This document shows, piece after piece, positions 38,001 through 47,000 of a DNA stretch of 64,000 nt (positions are counted from its first letter, which is position 1; the number at the start of each line of letters is the position of its first letter). The position numbers and the translations under genes were made by a program. The stretch is from Enoplolaimus lenunculus. Its lineage: Eukaryota. The stretch spans positions 496,001 to 560,000 of the forward strand of contig JASANG010001737.1 of NCBI GenBank assembly GCA_030248215.1, given 5' to 3'. The notes beneath the pieces were generated by a model. It saw only the letters and a program-made list of their open reading frames with translations. It made no database searches and was not told the origin of the DNA.

Positions 38001-41000
38001 CCTATGTTCTCCCAAAAAGAGTCAATACTATGATTTGGTATTAAAGTTTAGCGCTAAAATGGTGTTTGGCTTCTGGCTCGCTTCGTTTGTGGAGTTTACA
38101 CTCCCGATTGTAATAACCACTCTAACTATTTTTAGATCCGAAGCAGACCCGTAGCCAGCTCACCTTGCTAGGGTGCTGAACATTTTTCAGGATGGGCATT
38201 CAAGGATTTCGATGACTTTACAAATGTGAAAATTTTCTTTTGGGGTTAAAATTCTTCCACGAAAAAAGCTTAGTCTCGCCTGAGCCACCACTGGCTACGG
38301 GCCCAATTCGAGGTTATAGTGTCGTTAGTAAAAAAGTAAATTTTCTTTGTTTAGCAATTTGCGAACCGCCTAAATCCGACGATACTGCAAGCTTTTACAT
38401 GATCACTGGAAACAACAGCAACGAAATCCTCGAAGGAGATTCCATTTCGTATTCGTGCAAACAAGGATATGGGCTTGACGGTGACCGGATAGCGATGTGT
38501 TTGGGGTCAACGCAGTTTAGCGCGACTCAGCCACCTTGTAAACGTAAGTATTTTTATTTTTTGAGGTACGATGATGCTGTTTCAAGGTATTTGTTCAGCA
38601 AGATTGTATACTAACATCATGACTGAATTTACAAAACAGGCTTCAGCCTAAATAATCGATATATTAAAGTTAGAATGTCCCACATACGTATTTTGGGCAG
38701 CGTTTCAGCGCAGGAGTAAACCAGTCTGACAGTACGGTATTTTAATTAAGTATTATCTACATATCTTTCTAATTTGTGCATATAGGAAGTACTTTACATT
38801 GCATGTCCTAACTTTTCCAAGTTCTGTTATCTACACATGTGTGCAACTGTGTTGACTGGTAAATAGTATCGGGGGACTTTGTCTTCTATCAAATCTTTAT
38901 TATTAAAGCTGAAACACACCACATACGTATTTTGGGCAGCTCTCCAACTTTTATTTGTATACTTTGAAACATAATACGATGAACAGTATATATGCAAAAT
39001 TATTTACGTAACTACGAATACGTAGCGATAAGCAGGTGCGAAACGTTTAAGATCAACACAGCAAACTGACGCTATCCTAAATATGAGAAGTAGGTGTAGG
39101 GTTGTGAATGTTGCAACCATGTTTACCAGTTAACGTTAGGGTAAGTGCAGGTTAGTAAACAAGAAACCATTTCAGCGATTCGTTAAGTTGACTTATTTTC
39201 TCGATTTTATCTAAAAGTTTCTTGCATACGAGCGTTACGCGTGGCAAACTTTAATCCCCTTGGCAGGGTTTATTCTACAGACTGAAAAAGTGCCTCTATT
39301 CCAAGCCTTTCCAGAAATTTAGAGGGGATATATCCTTGTTTTCCCCTTTGTATACGTCCCTGTGTAGCACCTATCACATCAACCTGTCAAACGGGTGCAA
39401 TTTGCTTCTAAATACTGTTGAAAACAGTCGTGGTTTTGCTTAGCTCAGCGAATTTTGACAGTCAGTTCGCAGACTAACGTTGTTTATTACTTCATTAATT
39501 TTTCAGGCATCTGTTACGATTATCCTGACGAAATAGAAAATGGAAAGCTAACGATACAACGCAAAAATGGTAATATCCTCGAAACGATGTCAATAACGTT
39601 AACGTGCAACACCGGATACGAAGCTAGCGGTACAACAGTGTCGACGTGTACCACCACTGGATTCTTTGATCATAAACTTGCGCCTTGCGTCAAAGGTGAT
39701 AAATTAGCATTGGCTGAGTTGCGTTAACATAACTCAAGTCGACCTTTGACTCAGCTCGATTTAGGACTTTTGAGTAAAGATAACTCAACTCGACCGTTGA
39801 CTCAGTTCGATTTAGGACTTTTGAGTAAACATAACTCAACTCGACCGTTGACTCAGTTCGATTTAGGACTTTTGAGTAAACATAACTCAAGTCGACCCTT
39901 GACTTAAGTCGATTTAGGACTTTTGAGTAAACATAACTCAAGTCGACCTTTGACTCAGCTCGATTTAGGACTTTTGAGTAAACATAACTCAACTCGACCG
40001 TTGACTCAGTTCGATTTAGGACTTTTGAGTAAACATAACTCAAGTCGACCCTTGACTTAAGTCGATTTAGGACTTTTGAGTAAACATAACTCAAGTCGAT
40101 CTGTGACTCAGTTCGATTTAGGACTTTTGAGTAAACATAACTCAAGTCGACCCTTGACTTAAGTCGATTTAGGACTTTTGAGTAAACATAACTCAAGTCG
40201 ACCCTTGACTTAAGTCGATTTAGGACTTTTGAGTAAACATAACTCACGTCACCAAAAACCTGGACGCCACTTAAAGTAACATGGGCCGACATCGCAAAAC
40301 ATTTAGCACGATTTCATTAAATTTCTAGGGGGTCCACATTCCGCACATTTGCTGTCAAACAGGCCTGTATAACAATAACACATTTCACTTGCAGATTGCT
40401 AACTTAATCAGAGTCTTATTTCTTTTTAGCTAAAACTCCTAGACTGGTAAGTTTCAGTTTTTAAATATTAGACAAATTATGCTTTGAAACTTTAAAAATC
40501 TAAATTTACAAACTACTCTGAAAATGTTAATATTAGTTCTAATCATCATCAATCTAATGTGTTATGCTGTTGTATTAAAGACTATTTAAATTGGAATCTC
40601 GAATGTTTCTTAACTTGTAAATTTTTTTGGACCTTGCCAGCCGAAACCCACGTATAAAGATCAGGGGCTCAACGTTTTTCTGGGGGACCTGTAATCGTGC
40701 AAGCTCAACCTTTAAACTGATATTTGTTGCTCAGGCGTTCGCTTAGGCGTGTGCTCATTCTTACGTTTAGGCATAGGCTTAGGCACAGGAATACGCTTTT
40801 AGGAATAAGCTCATTCTTATGCTTAGTCTTATGAATTAGACTTCGATTTAGGAATATGCTTATACTACTGTTACGACCCGGTTCTTCGCATTGACTCTAG
40901 CACAATAGATTTGTTTTCTAGAGTCCTCATTCCGAAGTTGTAACAGAAATAATGGGCGCTCTTCAACGTGTCTCATGTATTTTACTCGTGATTATACTCT

Positions 41001-44000
41001 CAATACTACAAGCATTCTTTCTTATAAATAGGTAAACTGTACGGTTATTTTAATAAAACGCTTAAACGGTATTCATAAATGCACGTTTTTTGTAACGAAA
41101 ACTCGCAACTGCAAGTTGCACGCGGAAAGTTCCGCAATCATAAATTGCAGCTGCAATTCATTGCTACAACATTTAATTACCAGTTAGCGATAGGTTTTCA
41201 AACTAACGAACACCTATAATGGCGAATATCAAAAAGGGCACATAAGTACAGGAATAAATCATGTATATAGATATATATATTATATATATATGTATATATA
41301 GTAAAAAAATGCTAAGTTTCGAACTTGGTCGTAGCATATTTGAAAATATGGGCCTAGGAAACGTCAAATAGGGACAGTCTTGCTCTCATTATATCTTTTA
41401 TAATATTGAATCAATTTAGTCTACGCCAGGCGCGTAGCCAGCCCACCTTGCTAGGGAGGGCTATAAAAAATTTTCATGGGGGCGTTCAAGGGTTTTCAAT
41501 GAGTTATAAGCAAAGCTGAAAATTCTCTAGGGGGAGCCAAAAGTTTTGCACGAGGGGCTGAGCCCCCTTGGCCCCCCTTCGCTAGGGGCCCGAGTCTACC
41601 CTATTCACGAAATAATGTCTACTAGTAAAACGCATATGCACACAGGTACAACACTTAGGATTGTGTGGGTACTTAAAGTGTTTAACAAACGACAAAAATA
41701 TGAAATCCGGTATAAAATCAACAATGGCGGAAGTGACTTAACAATTACCAAATGCCTTCGCTCGATTAGGGAATTTATACGTGCAAATTCTTTTGTAGAA
41801 CGATAAACGTAAAAATATAATATACTCGCTATATAAAAAACTTTGTTTACTCTTCTGCTGAAACGATGCTCAAAATACGTATGTGGGGCGCGTTCTATGG
41901 ATGGAGACGGCAATAATACTGAGAGAGAGGCATTGCGAAAAAATTTGTATCGAACAAAAATCATCAAAATACGCAATGTTAAATAATGTGTTTACGCCCA
42001 AATGACTCGCATATCATTACAGAATATGGCATCTGGAACGTTTACTTCAACTTTTTGTCGAACTTGGATTGTTGGTCGCTCATTTGTTAATTGTAATCAA
42101 TGCTGATCCGACTACATTTAAAGTGAGAAACATTTGTAGTGCATAGACAAAAACTTGTATATGTCGTCGCCAAAGTCGTAATTCAGCCCAGTTCCGAATT
42201 GGGTTAGTCCAAAGCGGAATTACGACTTCGGCTAGCCCAAGGCGGAATCATGTCTGATAAAGCTGTGCGTGTTTTGATTGGTTAATTGATAGTCGCAATC
42301 GTGCTTGATCCCACTTTGCTCAGTGAAACAAACTGATAGCCAACAGGTTGCGATTAGTTAGCCAATCAGAAAAGAGTATTCGCAACAGTCAATCGTATTT
42401 GAGTATGGCATTAAGGTAGTAACCAATCACAAGGCGTGCACTTGTCGCATAGAAAGAATTACGCCGTGGGCTAGCCAAAGTGGTAATTACGCCTTGGACT
42501 CTCCCAATTCGGAATCGGGCTAAATTACGACTTGGGCTACGACATGTACACCATGTCACAATTTTTACACTCTTATCAACCAGAAATTAAAATAATTTTG
42601 GTACCTATGCGAAATGGGTTAAACCTCTTTGCTGTTGAACTTAAAATTGGTACAAGAGTTGAGCAAATCACAAGCGAAAAATGTGCCAAAGTTTGAGCCT
42701 CAGCATTCGCTGGTTCGTAAGTGACAAGACCTATCACCAACTGATAATAGATGCTACACACATTTTAGAATACGGGCATAAGTACTAAAGTTGCGTCAGG
42801 TTTCTGGCTCGTTTCATTCGCAAAATTTGATTATTATTTTGACCCATGTTCACGTTTAGGGCTGTTCTGGTATCTGGTGGGCCTGTAAAAGATTATGCTT
42901 ACATTCTAGACTACTTTTTTTGCTTATTTTTAGGCATAGAAAAACGCATTTGCAACGCTTAGGCTTAGGCTTAGGCTTAGGAATACGCTTAATCTACTGT
43001 TAAGGCCCTAAAAGTAACATTGGCCATTATTTGTCATTTCTGCTCTCGGTTACGATAACAATTTGAGAGTTTCATTGGTTGTCGATGTCTAAACACCTGG
43101 TTCTGAGCACGGAAATAATTGAAAATAAAATTTAACTCGTCACGAATTTGATATTTTTTCAGAATAATACGGCATGTAACGCGACTGCGCTTGGGATACA
43201 AGCATTTACTTTGATTCACTTTGCTGGAATGTTAGCCGAATCCGTACAATCTGGCCTAAGAACAGTGAATATGTTTTCAGTTGGTCACATGATTTCTAAA
43301 TCAGCATATTTTTTGGTTGTTTTAGGTAAACACACAGTGTTGCAACAGGAACTTAAATTTTACCGTAACAGGAATTAAATATTGGCAGGAATTCCAGCCG
43401 GAACAGAATTCCGGCGGATCCTTAGAAAAACACCAACGTGTTTTATATGCATAGATAAATTGTTTAGCTGAATAGGTCTGTAGTCAGTTCCAAATGTTTT
43501 AAGAGAATAGTTTCAAATTGAACCTATGGTTCGCAGAGATACCATTACCATTTTGAACTGAAACTTCTCAGGTGCTAAATTAGCAGAAAGATAAAAACTT
43601 ATGATTGCTTGAATAGCCAAGTTACCATGTATGTATGTATGCATGTATGTATTGTTGGCGGACGGTTTAAAGCGTAGAAACGTTGTTTGGAAAAAACTGC
43701 TACATTTGAACGCAAGTTAATTTTAATATTTTTTACAAAACAACTGATTATTTATGCGCTTGGGAGCGTTTTGTGTCACTGATGAAAGCGGGGACACTTG
43801 ATTATTAATCTGAAGTGGAAATAGTAAATTCATATTTAGAAGATTTTTGCCTGTGATTAGGCTTTGTTCTCAGAGTCTAAAATAATCGTATAAGTTGGTT
43901 ATAAGCACTCTCTAAAAAACTAAAACTTAAATTATAGCTTAACTAAGCTTGAATATTAGTTTAGGTAATACTCAAATGGCTGGACGGACTAATTAAACTA

Positions 44001-47000
44001 GAATTTTAAGTTTTACTTAACTAACATATTTTTAAGTTAAACACCAGTTTATGTAAACTTATTTTTGGTTTAAGTAACAGATGCAGTTCAGAAATTATTT
44101 GTATTTGAGAGTTCACTAAGCTTAGCTTACACTAAAAATACGTAAGATTTTAAATTACTCTAAGCGTAAACCAACCTGTTAGTTAAGTTCATCTAGAAAC
44201 TTAGTTTAATACAGCTGGGTTAGCTTAAGTTTAAATCAAGTTAGTTTAAGCTTTCAGAGAGTAGAAAAAATGTAAATGACGTCGATTTTAGTGAAAATTA
44301 AACATTTTCAGCGGTATCTGGATCAATAGCAGGAATCACTGCAGCGAACAACTTTGACGACTACCGTGCGGATTTAAGGTAAACTTTTCTAGGTTGTACT
44401 TTTTTCCTTTCATGTTCTGTTTGTTGCAAATACTTTGATGCCAATGTTACATTAAGGGCCGTAACAGTAGTATAAAACATATTTCTAAGTCTAAACCCGA
44501 GCACAAATTTTAGTCTAAAGCTTAAGCTTACTCGATTGGAGTCTCGCGTAAAAACTGTTCTACCGTCAAAGTAAACGTGGACCATGAATGATTTAATCAG
44601 AACGATTTGGAATATTAAGTAGTTTTTAGTAAAACGATCATACACTGTTTCATCTGTATTATTAAAACTGGAACGCCCCGCATACGTATTTTGGGCAACT
44701 TTCCAGCATTGCTTTGTTTATATTTTCTCAGAACACAAATATAATTGTTCTGTGGACGGAAAATTTGCATGCATATTGTTGTGTGTTCACTAACTTTTGC
44801 ACATTGCGCAAAGCTGGCTGACTAATAAAGTTTATTTCAGCTGTTGGCTGAACTTAGAAAATGCAACATTTTACGCGACGCTAATTCCTGTATCGTTAAT
44901 GAGTTACTGGACTTTGATTTTTGCCGAAAGTGCGGGTATACATGCCGACACGCCGTTGCCATGTGCAAATTTTATTAAGAAAACGGCTGCATTGTAAGTC
45001 ACCTCTAGATTTATTCCTGAACCGCAAGCGCATAAGTCATATTTTCGACTGTGTGACAACTGTCGCCACACTTTAAATTTCAGTGAATTGATTTTAACTC
45101 AGAATGAGTTTAATCCGCTCAGGGCTCTGTGCACTGAATTAGGTCTTTCAGAACTCAGAATTCTGCATTGATTGAAGTCAGCCTGAGTTAATTAATCAAC
45201 TCACGCAGAATTAAATCAGCTCAGAGTGAATTAATGTTTACCGCTATTAACTCGAAAATAACCACAAATAAACTAATTCTCTCTCTGAGTTGATTACATC
45301 GGAATTTTACAGCACAGTTGATACCTATTTTTCTTCGTATTCGCAAATGTGTGTAGCACCGATCACCAATTGACTAAAGACTTGTAATTATTAACCGGTG
45401 GATTGCGATATCTGAAATTCGGTCATTTTTTCTGTTTTGATTTGTTCTGCTTGTGAGCAAATTTGAGGTTTTGCAACTGCATCGAGTTCGTCAGTTTGGA
45501 AAACTGTCGCTAATTGGCAGGGTTCCATCGGAATTCCGATTCCGGCTAAATTCCGCAAAATTTGATTTTCCGATTCCTATTCCGGCTGACTGCTGTTCCG
45601 ATGCCGGTATTCTGATTCTTCGGTCACGGGTTTTTAAGATGATTGAACTTAGATTTTGCTCGCTTCGTTTTGTTTCGTTCATTTTCAATTATTCTGATGG
45701 TTTTTTTCTCAGTAAATATTCCGAGTTGTTACGTGTACTTCGTCAGCTATATAAACATGTTTTACTGAAACTGTGAACAGCAACAAAAACGGGCATACTG
45801 CTTCAAAAGTTAAAAGTCATACACCTTTAACTTTTTAATAGAATTACTAAAACTTGATTTAGATTCCGATTCCGGTTCCGACAGAAAAATTTGATTCCGA
45901 TTCCAAATTCCGCTTCCGATATAATCTAGTTCCGGTTGGAACTCTGCTAATTGGTGATAACTTCCATACGCATTTGAGACTACGCTGTCTGAATTCAGAA
46001 GAAATCGAACGGTGGCATCCGCGAGTCTAAAAATTTGCACAAGAGCGACGCAAATGAAGTGCAATGAATAAGCACGTTTTCTAATCTTCACATACTCTGT
46101 TTCGAACGTTACAACACTTTGGACCAACTGGTAATAGGTGCTACACATATTTGAGAATATGGGCGCACTTTATCAGTGTTGTTACCAGCAACACAAACTG
46201 CATTCAGATTACGTTTCAGCGTCAGATTTATAATAAACACTTAAATTTAGGCACCTTTCAACAACATGAAAAATAGTTGTTTTTTGGTTGAAATTTAGAA
46301 CTGGTACAACAATGTGTGTGTTTCAGCCAATCATATTTAGCCATGACCCCTAAACACTTCTGGATTGGCTAAAATAGATTCTTGGTTTCGCCAGGTGAAC
46401 CGTATTTCGGTTCTCAACTCAGTGACATACTTTCAAATATATGAGGCTTCGGGTGAACTTAAAATTTTAAAAGTTTTAGCAAAATTTATAACAGTTTTGT
46501 TTGAAATCAACAGGCAATATTTGATCGTTAAATCACAATGGATGGGTTTCTGAAATCTTACTTAATTATTTACTTAAGTTATACTTAAGTCGCCGAATTA
46601 AGTAAATACTTAAATTTTCGAGCACAACCAAAGAAGCGCTAAATAACGGCCATTGTCATGACAAGAAAGCTATTAAGAACTTTGCTTTATACTAAGGAGG
46701 TAACATGAGTCTACAATTTCAATTATACCAAGGTTAGTATGCTGAGCGGTTAATTTGTAGTATATCAAATTTAGTCAGCGACTAAAGTATTCACTTAACT
46801 TAAGTACACTTTTAAAAACGACAAAATCGGTACGTAATTACTTGGCACGTACTTAAGTACTAAGTCGTACTTAAATAGGGTTTAGGAAACCCAGCCATTG
46901 TTTTTTATTCTTGTTTTTAGGTTATGTCAAAAATACTTAATGTTAAAAGTGCTGATCAGTTATGTTACGTGGATATTAGGCGCAATATCGATGTTTTATC

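Noticed and set aside
39723..40247. 51-bp repeat array as a CRISPR array, or ORF 39690..40292 as a repeat protein
   Set aside because: Units are contiguous with only two or three recurring variants and no unique spacers; eukaryotic intron with no cas genes; the ORF is an antisense by-product of a unit length divisible by 3
39696..40921. Hidden GAIN/GPS exons
   Set aside because: Space is too small and repeat-filled; no C..W...C.C.HL(T/S) motif seen by eye
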